Positions 51,001 to 60,259 of a DNA stretch of 64,000 nt are shown piece after piece (positions within the stretch are counted from its first letter, which is position 1; the number at the start of each line of letters is the position of its first letter). Origin of the DNA: an uncultured Bacteroidales bacterium. GTDB lineage: Bacteria; Bacteroidota; Bacteroidia; Bacteroidales; DTU049. A program made the position numbers and the translations under genes. The notes below the pieces were generated by a model. It was given only the letters and a program-made list of their open reading frames with translations, was not told the DNA's origin and ran no database searches. Where the stretch lies: NCBI GenBank assembly GCA_964428185.1, contig CAYRXH010000003.1, positions 14,577-78,576 on the forward strand. The letters run 5' to 3'.

Positions 51001-51096
51001 TAGCCCTGGAGAATTATAGACTGCTGTTTTCTGTGCTAAACTGAACTCTGCAATAAGAATTGCAATTCCTATGAATACTATTCTTTTAATTCCCAT
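48067..51096 (-). CDS. Large tetratricopeptide-repeat periplasmic protein
   Basis: Signal peptide, then roughly 1000 aa of TPR-like helices (for example AHYHLGDCY and ALFQRGNS). Confidence 0.88.
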   Translation of the reverse strand: MGIKRIVFIGIAILIAEFSLAQKTAVYNSPGLMYRQAGIYFEKELYSAAFDIYLKVSELTGDKESLIYASSIYYMGVCAYHLLNYDAEYRLQQFINDFPENAYTGKAQFYIANIHYREKKYQKAFDKYQTTDPVLLNEQESVEFYFKYGYSSFMISDYEKARSCFSKIKDGESLYSAPATYYFGHIAYEEKNYSTALEHFKRLTDDENFGPVVPYYITQILYFQKKYEELIEFAEPMMTKATTKRLPEIAQLLGEAHFNIGDYKKAAHYYEVYQESTKTAISPEDYYKLGYAYYRQNDFFRAIPAFQHAASGKDSLAQSAHYHLGDCYIRVNNKPFARSAFYQAYKQGSNPIIAEDALFHFAKLSYELAMNPYNEAIKALMEYILAYPDNFRVDEAYEYLINLYMQTRNYKEAIVSIEKIKRPNEQLNMAYQKIAYFRGVELFNDRNYREAINVFDKSLKFPYDKKFRSQSLFWKGEAYYRLQDLDSAIITYNSFLQSPGSFGTEQYTLAYYNIGYCYFNKKEYDKALTSFRTFQEKYERKTDPVAYDAYIRTGDCYYAQKRFADAEKEYNKSVQPGVAYVDYALFQRGNSKGVQGNFKGKIEDLELLIKNHPNSTYMADVLYELAFANELTEQYQNAIRYHKQVVDNYPNSTYHVRSMKQIGMIYYNQDQSQQALAELKKVIQEYPGTEEAKEALVVIRNIYTELGQPEAFFTYAQELGTSVAISEQDSISYVAAENIYFKGDFAAASSAFEKYLQNFPDGAFALNAHFYKAECDYSAQKFDKALPGYEYVILKPWNKFTEKSLLNAARIYYSNENYTKSAAYFSSLEEKAEFQENILIAREGMMRSYFRDKQYRQSIIAAQKVIDTPKASEETKAEARSVMGVAAFEVEDYAKAQQVFEEQKTQKSEYGAEAYYYLALINYTIGKYQESEKLIFELINILPSYEYWIARAFILLADNYVATGNLYQAKHTLQSVIDNYEGVDLVMEAQKKMTEIQELENQSNPENEQ

Positions 51097-51389
51097 ATCT
51101 CTATGCGTTTAATCTTTATTCTGGTTCTTTTTTCAACAAATATCAATAATGCGACTTCGGAATCTAAGATCTTCCGAGCCGCTAATAATGATATTTTATG
51201 GGATAAAATTATATACTATCAGCTGGCTGAATTTCTGCTTCAAGGAATTTTATCAACAGTTTGGTTTTAATAACTCTTAAAACTTAAATCCTTTCTTAAT
51301 AATACCAAAAAAATCTCACGCTATCCCTTTTTTAAAAATTTATCAAATTGAACTCTTTTGTTTAAACCTATAAAAAAAAATTTCCCTTA

Positions 51390-51837
51390 ATTATTCTTGC
51401 TTCGAAAAAAGCAAGGCTACTATTGAGTGTTTTCACAGGAGTTACTCCTGAATTGTCCATCCTTTCAATATCTTTCCCTGAAACAGAGCTCATTTTCACC
51501 AGAATGTTTCTATACTCTTCAGAATAAAATGTCAGTGTAAAATATTCTTCCCTTTCTGTGAAAACTTGTGTATAAGGCTGAGGCCTGACAAATATAAATG
51601 CAACCGGCTTTTCCCAATGCCACCCGAGCCCGCCCAGTTTGCCATCATCATATTAAAGTCTTTGTCTAAGCTGCCAGCGGCAACGAGCATCCATTCATTG
51701 CCGATGAGTTCAGTGGTATTTTCATCCGATGTCTGCGGGTTTTTTTTCTTAAATGCTTACATATTGTCAATGTTGGTTTGTGAAATTAGTACGAACTGAA
51801 CAGAAATTAAGAACAGCAGTATTATTTGTTTTTTCAT
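51390..51837 (-). pseudogene. Flavin reductase-like (FMN-binding split barrel) pseudogene with signal peptide
   Basis: Not in the ORF track. MKKQIILLF...DNM* (stop at 51757-51759), then ELIGNEWMLVAAG...FNMMMANWAG, a frameshift near 51625, and WEKPVAFIFVRPQPYT...YFTLTFY...SGKDI...AFFEAR. Confidence 0.75.
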
Positions 51838-51939
51838 AGTTTACTGTTTGAGTGTCAAAGAAAGGTATTTCTTTTTCTCTTAATAGATTCAATCACTGAA
51901 CCAGGTAGAAATTTGTAATTTTGCCTTGAACTTTCATCC

Positions 51940-52806
51940 ATGAAACAGGCCTCCAATTATTTCTCTTCTGACACATCTGTTCTCCCTTATATCATTAGGA
52001 TGAAACAAAACGAAGATATCGTTCCGCAAGAGTTTTCAAGAACCAACAAAGCCCCATTTCCAAATGACAGCAATAAACTTCTCAGGGAGAAATACCTGGA
52101 AAGCACTGAATATAGAAAAGGATCAATGAAAGATCATTTTATTTCCTCCGACATTCAGACAAATGTTTTTCCTGTGTTTTTGCTTCTGGTTTCTCTGGGA
52201 TTTCTTCTCTTTAGCAAGCTGTTCTATTGGAAGGGATATAAACAGCTCATAGATTCACATGTATCTCATATTAAGTTCAGATACTGGTTGCGTGATCAGG
52301 GAAGCGTTCTGAGTGGTATTTTTCTGTATGCCATGCCGGCATACTTCATTCTGCTTAGTTTAACCATCTGTCTATACTTTACAAAACAAGCCGGTAAAGA
52401 GAATACAATTGATCCTCTTTTATTTTTATTTGTTTTGTTAATATTATTATGCTGGTTTTTTTTCAGGGAATTTTTAATGTGGATTGCAAAAATTATTTTT
52501 CAGTCTCATAAATCAACATCTGAACAACGCCAAAACATCTATATTCACGCTGTTCTTACAACCATACTTCTGGCTTTGGGGCTTCCTGTTTTTATTTATT
52601 ATCCCGGCTCTGGCATATTCCAAACAATACTGATTATCAATCTGTTTGTTGAACTTGTAAGAATTATTAAAGCAATTTATTTTGCCCTAAAACTTCGTGA
52701 ATTCGGTACATATTACTTTTTTTTATATTTTTGCACCGTAGAAATTATTCCTCTTTTAATCTTAATAAAAACAGGAATTCTTTTTTCAACACACTTTCAG
52801 TTCTGA
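51940..52806 (+). CDS. DUF4271-like membrane protein
   Basis: Several TM helices and a C-terminal YFFLYFCTVEIIP; lies upstream of hemD-rnpA as is usual in Bacteroidota. Confidence 0.75.
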   Translation: MKQASNYFSSDTSVLPYIIRMKQNEDIVPQEFSRTNKAPFPNDSNKLLREKYLESTEYRKGSMKDHFISSDIQTNVFPVFLLLVSLGFLLFSKLFYWKGYKQLIDSHVSHIKFRYWLRDQGSVLSGIFLYAMPAYFILLSLTICLYFTKQAGKENTIDPLLFLFVLLILLCWFFFREFLMWIAKIIFQSHKSTSEQRQNIYIHAVLTTILLALGLPVFIYYPGSGIFQTILIINLFVELVRIIKAIYFALKLREFGTYYFFLYFCTVEIIPLLILIKTGILFSTHFQF

Positions 52807-52831
52807 GTCTCACTTATTGTATTATTTGGAA

Positions 52832-53590
52832 ATGGTAAAGAAAATTAAAACAATTCTTGTATCGCAACCCATCCCTGCTGATCCTGAAAAATCACCCTTT
52901 TTTGAACTTTCTAAAAAATTCAATATCAAAATTGACTACAAAAAGTTTTTCAAGGTAGAAAGACTTACCTCCCGTGAATTTCGCGAACAGAAGATTTATC
53001 TGAGCGATTATGCATCTGTATTGCTGACCAGCCGCCAGGCTGTTGACCATTATTTCAGCATGTCAAAAGATTTGCGTTTCAACCCTCCCGATACAACCAA
53101 GTATTTCTGTATGTCTGAGGCTATTGCACTATATCTTCAGAGATATATTCAATTCCGAAAACGGAAAATCTTCTTCTGCAACAACAATTTGGAAGAATTG
53201 GCTTCACTTATGAAAAAACATGACAAGGAAACATTTCTTCTCCCTTGTTCAAATGAGCACAATGAAACTTTGCCAAAATTTCTTGCTTCTAAAAATTTCT
53301 CTATCAAAACTGCCGTTTTTTTCCGGGCAACACAAGAAGATCTTTCTGACATTAATCTATCAAAATATGATTTATTGGTCTTTTTCAGTCCCTTTGGAAT
53401 CAAAGCCCTGAAAGAAACTTTTCCTGATTTTCAACAAGAAGAAACTCTCATTGCTGTTTTTGGTGAGTCAACAGCAAATGCCGTAAAGGAAGCAGGATTG
53501 AGGCTGGATGTCTGCGCTCCGTCAGAGCAGTTCCCGTCAATGACCATGGCTCTTGAGGATTATATTGTTAAACTTGCCAAAAAGAAATGA
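52832..53590 (+). CDS. hemD: Uroporphyrinogen-III synthase family protein
   Basis: IKTILVSQP, TSRQAVDHYF, YFCMSEAIALYLQ, VFFSPFGI and PSMTMALE motifs. Confidence 0.85.
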   Translation: MVKKIKTILVSQPIPADPEKSPFFELSKKFNIKIDYKKFFKVERLTSREFREQKIYLSDYASVLLTSRQAVDHYFSMSKDLRFNPPDTTKYFCMSEAIALYLQRYIQFRKRKIFFCNNNLEELASLMKKHDKETFLLPCSNEHNETLPKFLASKNFSIKTAVFFRATQEDLSDINLSKYDLLVFFSPFGIKALKETFPDFQQEETLIAVFGESTANAVKEAGLRLDVCAPSEQFPSMTMALEDYIVKLAKKK

Positions 53591-53973
53591 AATCCCATAG
53601 CGGTTTCAGATATCCCAAAACATTAAGGCTTCATAACGAAAAAGAAATCAGCTTCCTTTTTAACAGGCACAGTTCTTTTCTCGTTTTCCCTGTTAAAGTT
53701 CTTTTTTGTGAAATCAATCAGAGGGACACTCCCTTTTCATTGTTGATTTCTGTGCCCAAATCAAGGCTCAGAAAAGCATTTCATCGCAATCGCATCAAGC
53801 GAATTATCCGTGAAGCATTTCGAAAAAACAATGCTCTCCTTTCAAACAAACTCAAAGCCGAGAATAAACAAATGCTGTGTGCCTTGATTTATGTTCACAA
53901 TACTCCTCTGAACTATCACCAAATTGAACTCGCTGTGGTTGAAGCATTGGGAATTCTAGAAAAAAAAGTGTAA
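53587..53973 (+). CDS. rnpA: Ribonuclease P protein component
   Basis: PKTLRL and LISVPK.RLRKAFHRNRIKRIIREAFR (RNR motif). Confidence 0.9.
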   Translation: MKSHSGFRYPKTLRLHNEKEISFLFNRHSSFLVFPVKVLFCEINQRDTPFSLLISVPKSRLRKAFHRNRIKRIIREAFRKNNALLSNKLKAENKQMLCALIYVHNTPLNYHQIELAVVEALGILEKKV

Positions 53974-53976
53974 CAA

Positions 53977-54415
53977 TCAGTCAAAATTCTTTTCCTGAAT
54001 AAACCGGCCTTCTTTATCAAAAAATTTCCAGTTTCCACTCGGGGTATCATCAGTATATGTCCCTTCATAATATAATTTTCCATTTGGATGATACACCTTC
54101 CTGTATCCGTGAGATTTTCCATCTTTGAAATCCCCTTCACTCCACAAAACTCCTGTATCATACCAATACTTCCATGTTCCATTTCTTTCTCCATTTTTAT
54201 AGTGCCCCTCCTGCTCTTTCTGACCGTTTTCATAATAAGTTTCTTCCTTGACCAACTCCTTAGTTTCATCATGTTCTCTATAATACTTCACAACTTTTTC
54301 ACTTCCTCCGGGCCAGGTTTCTTCAACAACACGGATTTCAGGCGCTGACGAACATGCCACCACGACAAACAATAAAAAAAACAATGAACAAAAAAATAAT
54401 TTATTCTTTTTCATT
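53977..54415 (-). CDS. Lipoprotein with MORN-variant (YwqK-like) repeats
   Basis: Lipobox VVAC, with repeats YYENGQKEQEG.Y..G...G.W and WYDTG...EG.F..G. Start moved to ATG 54415. Confidence 0.75.
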
Positions 54416-55057
54416 GAGAGGCTGATTAGCAGCATAACGCTCATTAAGAATACCAACAACTTTCTCAGTGATTTCAAGCTCGGGATTGGCATATAAAATT
54501 CCGACACCCTGAGAATATCCCAGTATATAATCATAGTTTTCTGTTTCGTTGACAATGGAAAGGGCCACATTGAGAGAATCAAGAACTCTTAAGGTCATAG
54601 CGTATTCCTTTTCGGCAATCTGGTTAGTATAGGTTTCACCAAGCTCCATCAGCTTCTGTTGCTGAGAAGCAAGATATTCCTCCGTTTTCTTTGCATCATC
54701 ATAGCTAATATTACCGGTTTGAACCTTCTGTTGATATGATAATATCTGCGACTGTAAGCTCTTTTCTTTCTGTGCAAGATCTTCTCTTAGTTTCAGCGTT
54801 TCAGCCTCCAGTTCTGTTTTAAGATCAATGAAAAGATCATAGTGAACCATTAACGAATCGGAATTGATAAACCCGATTTTTAAATTACGAGCACTCCCTT
54901 CTTTGTCCTCCCCGTTTTTTCCGGTAAAAGTCAGCACCAGACAGGCAATAATTCCTACTAAAAAAACCACATTTAATATCATTTGCAATCTGGACATTGC
55001 AAATGTTTTACATTTTTCATTTCCCGCATCTGAATGTGTCATTTGTTCGTTCTCCAT
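54401..55057 (-). CDS. OmpH/Skp-family periplasmic chaperone, membrane-anchored
   Basis: N-terminal TM helix, KIGFINSDSL, coiled coil and YDYILG...ILYANP..EIT..V. Confidence 0.85.
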   Translation of the reverse strand: MENEQMTHSDAGNEKCKTFAMSRLQMILNVVFLVGIIACLVLTFTGKNGEDKEGSARNLKIGFINSDSLMVHYDLFIDLKTELEAETLKLREDLAQKEKSLQSQILSYQQKVQTGNISYDDAKKTEEYLASQQQKLMELGETYTNQIAEKEYAMTLRVLDSLNVALSIVNETENYDYILGYSQGVGILYANPELEITEKVVGILNERYAANQPLNEKE

Positions 55058-55073
55058 GTTTTATTGTATTTTT

Positions 55074-57278
55074 TTAATTCCCCAAATCAGAAATAAATTT
55101 AATTCTCATAAGTCTTACTTCTTCTTCTGAATACTCATTTTCTCCAAGCGCAAAAAGAGCATCTTCAATTGAATCCGTTTCCGCAGTTGAAAAATAATCA
55201 TGAATATCCTGCTGATGATACTCATCAATAACTTCTTCAATATAATAATTCAGGTTTACCTTGGTACCGCTTGCCACAATACGTTCTATTTCATCAAGGA
55301 GATCGCTGAATCTCAAACTTTTGGCAATTGCAATTTGTTCGAGTGGTATTTTCCTGTCAATAGCCTGAATAATATATACTTTAAGCCCAGATTTATTGAT
55401 CACTGATTTTACAACCACATCATTAGGTCTAACAATTTCATTCTCTTCAACATGTTTTTTTATCAGCTCAACAAAAGGTTGCCCATACTTTTGTGCTTTT
55501 CCAACACCCACTCCGGAGATGTTTTTCATCTCTTCAAGAGTAATGGGATACTGAATTGCCATATCCTCCAGTGATGGATCCTGAAATATTACAAATGGCG
55601 GAATTTTTTCTTTCCGGGCAATTTCTTTTCTCAGGTCTTTTAAAAGAGAAAACAACATTTTATCCGTTCCGCTTCCTTTCTGCATCCCCCCTGAGGTTAT
55701 AAAGTCATCATCATCTCCGTCGGATTCATAATCATGATCCTTTGTCATATGAATCTCCTGAGGATTTTTCAGAAATTTCTCTCCTGCTTCTGCAAGTTTA
55801 ATCACTCCGTAATTTTCAATATCCTTACTCAAGAACTTCATTATAAGCATCTGGCGGATGATTGCATTCCAGAATTTTTCATCATAATCAATTCCTGTTT
55901 CAAAACACTCATAGGATTTTACTTTCGGATTTTTCAAAGTTCCGGTTACATTTCCAATCAGAATACTAATAAGTTGTTTGGCTTTAAATTGTTGTTTTGT
56001 TTCCTGAACAGCACTAAGCACAGTTAGTACATGTTCTTTTGCTTCGAATTTCATTTTTGGATGCAGACAATTATCACATGTTGAACAATTTTCGGGTTCA
56101 TAGGTTTCCCCAAAATAATGAAGTAATTGTTTACGGCGGCAAACCGAAGATTCGGCATAAGCAATTACCTCCTGAAGAAGCTGTAGGGCTATTTCCTGTT
56201 CAGCTACAGGTTTGTTTTTGCCAAATTTTTCAATCTTCTGAATATCGTCAAAACTGTAAAATCCCAGACATTTACCTTCTCCTCCATCTCTTCCGGAACG
56301 TCCGGTTTCCTGATAATACCCCTCGAGGCTTTTGGGCATATCATAATGAATAATAAATCTGACATCAGGTTTGTCAATACCCATGCCAAATGCAATAGTA
56401 GCAACAATGATGTCAATTTCTTCCATAAGAAACATATCCTGATGCATTTTCCTTTTTTTGGCATCAAGACCTGCATGATAGGCCACAGCTTTAATACCAT
56501 TTACCTGCAGTTGTGAGGCTATTTCTTCAACCTTTTTCCGGCTTAAACAATAAATTATTCCTGATTTACCTGCATTGAGCCTGACAAATTTCAAAATTTC
56601 CTTAAATACATCTTGGTTTTTCGGCCTGACCTCATAATACAGATTCGGCCTGTTGAAAGAGGAATGAAAAACCTTGGCATCAGCCATCTGAAGTGTTTTA
56701 ATGATATCCTGCTGTACTTTAGGAGTAGCTGTTGCTGTGAGTGCAATTATAGGAACCTTCTGACCGATTGTTTCAATAATGGGTCTGATCCTTCGGTATT
56801 CGGGCCGGAAATCATGTCCCCATTCCGAAATACAATGTGCTTCATCTATGGCATAAAATGCTATTTCAATATCCCTTAAAAACAAGATGTTATCTTCCTT
56901 GTTCAGAGATTCCGGGGCAAGATATAACAGCCTTGTTTTTCCTGATAAAAGATCTTCCTTCACTTGGGCAATTTCAGTCCTGGTCAAAGATGAATTCAAT
57001 ACATGAGCAATCCCTATTTCTGTTCCGAAATTTCTTATATTATCTACCTGATTCTTCATTAGTGCAATCAATGGAGAGATAATTATTGCAACACCAGATT
57101 TCATTAATGCCGGCAATTGATAACACATGGATTTGCCCCCGCCGGTGGGCATAATTACAAATGTATCATGACCATCCAGCAGGCTCTTGATGATCGCTTC
57201 CTGATTGTCCTTGAATTTATCAAATCCAAAAACCTTCTTCAACACATTGTGTAAATTCATTTCTTTCGATTGAGGCAT
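55074..57278 (-). CDS. recQ: ATP-dependent DNA helicase RecQ
   Basis: MPTGGGKS, IDEAHCISEWGHDF, LTATAT, ATIAFGMGIDK, YQETGRSGRDG, RQC zinc cysteines and an HRDC domain. Confidence 0.97.
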   Translation of the reverse strand: MPQSKEMNLHNVLKKVFGFDKFKDNQEAIIKSLLDGHDTFVIMPTGGGKSMCYQLPALMKSGVAIIISPLIALMKNQVDNIRNFGTEIGIAHVLNSSLTRTEIAQVKEDLLSGKTRLLYLAPESLNKEDNILFLRDIEIAFYAIDEAHCISEWGHDFRPEYRRIRPIIETIGQKVPIIALTATATPKVQQDIIKTLQMADAKVFHSSFNRPNLYYEVRPKNQDVFKEILKFVRLNAGKSGIIYCLSRKKVEEIASQLQVNGIKAVAYHAGLDAKKRKMHQDMFLMEEIDIIVATIAFGMGIDKPDVRFIIHYDMPKSLEGYYQETGRSGRDGGEGKCLGFYSFDDIQKIEKFGKNKPVAEQEIALQLLQEVIAYAESSVCRRKQLLHYFGETYEPENCSTCDNCLHPKMKFEAKEHVLTVLSAVQETKQQFKAKQLISILIGNVTGTLKNPKVKSYECFETGIDYDEKFWNAIIRQMLIMKFLSKDIENYGVIKLAEAGEKFLKNPQEIHMTKDHDYESDGDDDDFITSGGMQKGSGTDKMLFSLLKDLRKEIARKEKIPPFVIFQDPSLEDMAIQYPITLEEMKNISGVGVGKAQKYGQPFVELIKKHVEENEIVRPNDVVVKSVINKSGLKVYIIQAIDRKIPLEQIAIAKSLRFSDLLDEIERIVASGTKVNLNYYIEEVIDEYHQQDIHDYFSTAETDSIEDALFALGENEYSEEEVRLMRIKFISDLGN

Positions 57279-57438
57279 TTGGAGTTATATTTTTTTTTGA
57301 CCTGCAAAGGTATTTTTTTTCCTTATCTTTATGCAAACTTAATAGTTTATTTTATCATCAACAAAAAAAATTTTCATCTTATTTTTGGGCATATATCATT
57401 AATTCTCTGAACATGTTCTCAATCAAATATTATTCATT

Positions 57439-57798
57439 ATGAAAAACAAAAATCATCTTGTTGAAAATTTTCGTGAATACAGACAAACCATGAATGAAAA
57501 GATACTGGCTTCTGACAATGCTGTATTAAAAAGATTATACAACCTTGACACTCTTACCTATCAGGCTGGTGCTCTTGATGTTAAAACAAAAGAAATGCTC
57601 GGTTTGTGTGCTTCTCTTGTTTTGCGATGTGATGACTGTGTAAAATACCATCTTGAAAAATGCAAAGAACTGGGAGTCACCGGTTCACAGATTTTTGATA
57701 TTTTTGCAGTTGGAAGTGTTGTCGGTGGTACCATTACAATCCCTCACATCAGAAGAGGGGTTGAATATTGGGAAGCACTCAATGACAATGCAGAATAA
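57439..57798 (+). CDS. Carboxymuconolactone-decarboxylase (AhpD-like) family protein
   Basis: ALDVKTKEMLGL.ASLVLRCDDCVKYH CxxC motif. Confidence 0.88.
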   Translation: MKNKNHLVENFREYRQTMNEKILASDNAVLKRLYNLDTLTYQAGALDVKTKEMLGLCASLVLRCDDCVKYHLEKCKELGVTGSQIFDIFAVGSVVGGTITIPHIRRGVEYWEALNDNAE

Positions 57799-60247
57799 TC
57801 AAATGCACAGATATTTCTTGTATTTTTTCATTCTTTTTTGTTACGCTTCTGCAGCTGTTGCCCAGAAAATTCTCATCTCTGGACGTGTCATGGATGCTTC
57901 CACCGGAGAACCTCTTCCCTATGTTAATGTTTCTGTTAAAAACACAACAACTGGAGCTATTTCTGATGAATCAGGTGTTTTTTCCTTTTCCTGTTTTCAC
58001 AATCCCCATGACAGTATTCAGTTCCGATATGTAGGATATCAAAGCCAATCAATATCTGTTGACAGGTTTATAAACACAAAATACACCGTAGAACTTCAAC
58101 CCTCTAACCAGACCCTCCCCGAAGTTGTTATTGTCCCTGGGGAAAATCCGGCCGAAGTCATGCTCAGAAAAATTATTGCCTCAAAGCCTCTTAATAATCA
58201 GGAGGAATTTGCATATTATTCGTGTGAAATTTACAATAAAGTTAGGTTTGATCTGAAAAATTTTGATGCCCAACTAAAAGAAAGAAAGTTGCTTCAGCCT
58301 TTTGCTTTGGTTTTCGAAAATTCTGATACTTCTGAGTTAACTGGAGAGGTTTATGTCCCCCTGTTTCTATCAGAATCTCTTTCAGACTTTTATTATAGAA
58401 AAAATCCTCTGGCTCAGCGGGAAATTATTCGTGCAGTAAGGGTTTCCGGAGTAGAAAATGAAAGTTTTTCTGCATTTCTTGGCAATATGTACGTGCAAAC
58501 AAACATTTACGATAATTTTATTGTGCTTTTTGAAAAGAACTTTATCAGCCCCATTGCCTCAGGAGGCCTGATGTACTATAGATATTATCTGACCGACAGC
58601 ACATTCATCAACAATCAGTGGTGCTACAGAATAGACTTTAAGCCAAAAAGAAAACAGGAACTTACCTTTAATGGTCATTTTTGGGTACACGACAGCACTT
58701 GGGGCATCGTTTCATACGAAATGGAAATGGCTCCTGATGCTAATATCAATTATGTCAGATATCTGAAAATGTCTGCCTCATATACACAAAATGACAGTCT
58801 CTGGGTTAAAGAAAAAGAAGCCTTTTTTGTTGATTTCTACACAATTTCTGCCAATGAGAAACTGCCTGGATTTTTTGGCCAAAAGAATACTTCATATATG
58901 AAGTATTCTTTTGTCCCTCCGGATGCTAAAATTTTTAATAATGCTGCTCTTGTAACACTGCAAACTGATATTTCTTCTGAAAACAACGACTTCTGGATAC
59001 ATCACCGACATGATTCTTTGAACACACAAGATCTTTTTGTGTATGAGATGATTGACTCTGTGCAGCAGCTCAGGGCTTATAAAACTTGGTCAGATATCAT
59101 TCAGATGATTGCAACAGGCTACTATGTAGGAAAATACCTGGAATATGGTCCCTATGCTTCTATGTTAAGTTTTAATACCATCGAGGGAACTCGACTACGC
59201 TTCGGAATGAGAACTTCCAATGAATTCAGCACCAAGGTTATGCCCTATGGTCACATAGCATATGGCATAAAGGATGAACAATTCAAGTATGGAGCAGGAA
59301 TTTGGTATATGTTCAGTAAATCCCCAAGACGCGCCTTCAATATGAATTACAAATATGATTATGAGCTTCTTGGTAAAAGCGAAAATTCTTTCAGGGAAGA
59401 TTTTTTAATTGGCACACTCTTTTCCAGAAACCCCGTTGACAATCTGACTCTCACAGAACAATCAAATATTCAATATGAACATGAATGGATGAACGGATTT
59501 TCCATGACATTGTTTTTCTCTGACAAACATCTTCTTGCTTCGGTTAATGATGCTTTTCTTTTTCAATCTGGTGGAGTGCTCAAGTCTGTGTCCGTTCTTA
59601 AAACAACCGAAACCGGGATTCAGATCAGATATGCTTACAAGGAGCGGTTTCTTTCGGGAGAGTTTGAAAGAATAAGTCTGGGATCTCGCTATCCGATAAT
59701 ACGCTTGCGCATTTTCAAAGGAGTTTCCGGCTATGACTACCTGAAAACAAGTTTGCAAATCAGCCATTGGTTTAACCTAAGAGGTCTGGGCTGGTCAAAA
59801 TATGTGATTGATGCTGGAATTATAAACGGATCTATTCCCTATCCTTTTTTGAAAATTCACGAGGGAAACGAATCTTTGATGTTCGACGAAATGGCCTTTA
59901 ACATGATGAATAATTACGAATTCGTAAGTAATCGTTGGGTTAGTTTATATTATACACATCACTTTGAAGGATTGTTTTTCAACAGAATTCCTTTGTTAAG
60001 AAAAATGAAATTCCGTGAAGTTGTTTGGGGTAAAATTCTTTTTGGTAATTTAGATGTCCAAAATCAGATGTATAATATTTTCCCGGAAAACATGTTTATT
60101 TTAACACAACCATATTTGGAAACCGGTGCAGGAATTGAAAATATATTTAAGTTTTTCCGAATTGATCTGGTTTGGAGGCATTCATATCTCTCTCATCCCA
60201 ATATTCAACAATTCGGAATTATGGCAGGGCTCCAGTTTTATCTATAA
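57788..60247 (+). CDS. DUF5686-type outer-membrane protein with N-terminal carboxypeptidase-regulatory-like domain
   Basis: Signal peptide, ISGRVMDASTGEPLPYVNV, ENPAEVMLRKII, YLETGAGIENIFKFFRID and a C-terminal aromatic residue. Start moved to ATG 57788. Confidence 0.8.
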   Translation: MQNNQMHRYFLYFFILFCYASAAVAQKILISGRVMDASTGEPLPYVNVSVKNTTTGAISDESGVFSFSCFHNPHDSIQFRYVGYQSQSISVDRFINTKYTVELQPSNQTLPEVVIVPGENPAEVMLRKIIASKPLNNQEEFAYYSCEIYNKVRFDLKNFDAQLKERKLLQPFALVFENSDTSELTGEVYVPLFLSESLSDFYYRKNPLAQREIIRAVRVSGVENESFSAFLGNMYVQTNIYDNFIVLFEKNFISPIASGGLMYYRYYLTDSTFINNQWCYRIDFKPKRKQELTFNGHFWVHDSTWGIVSYEMEMAPDANINYVRYLKMSASYTQNDSLWVKEKEAFFVDFYTISANEKLPGFFGQKNTSYMKYSFVPPDAKIFNNAALVTLQTDISSENNDFWIHHRHDSLNTQDLFVYEMIDSVQQLRAYKTWSDIIQMIATGYYVGKYLEYGPYASMLSFNTIEGTRLRFGMRTSNEFSTKVMPYGHIAYGIKDEQFKYGAGIWYMFSKSPRRAFNMNYKYDYELLGKSENSFREDFLIGTLFSRNPVDNLTLTEQSNIQYEHEWMNGFSMTLFFSDKHLLASVNDAFLFQSGGVLKSVSVLKTTETGIQIRYAYKERFLSGEFERISLGSRYPIIRLRIFKGVSGYDYLKTSLQISHWFNLRGLGWSKYVIDAGIINGSIPYPFLKIHEGNESLMFDEMAFNMMNNYEFVSNRWVSLYYTHHFEGLFFNRIPLLRKMKFREVVWGKILFGNLDVQNQMYNIFPENMFILTQPYLETGAGIENIFKFFRIDLVWRHSYLSHPNIQQFGIMAGLQFYL

Positions 60248-60259
60248 CTACCATTACTT

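Noticed and set aside
53587-53973. rnpA without rpmH/yidC neighbours
   Set aside because: The DUF4271-hemD-rnpA context is usual for Bacteroidota, so this is not anomalous.
53977-54415. YwqK-like protein as a toxin-antitoxin antitoxin
   Set aside because: It is a MORN-repeat lipoprotein in an envelope operon with OmpH and has no adjacent toxin.
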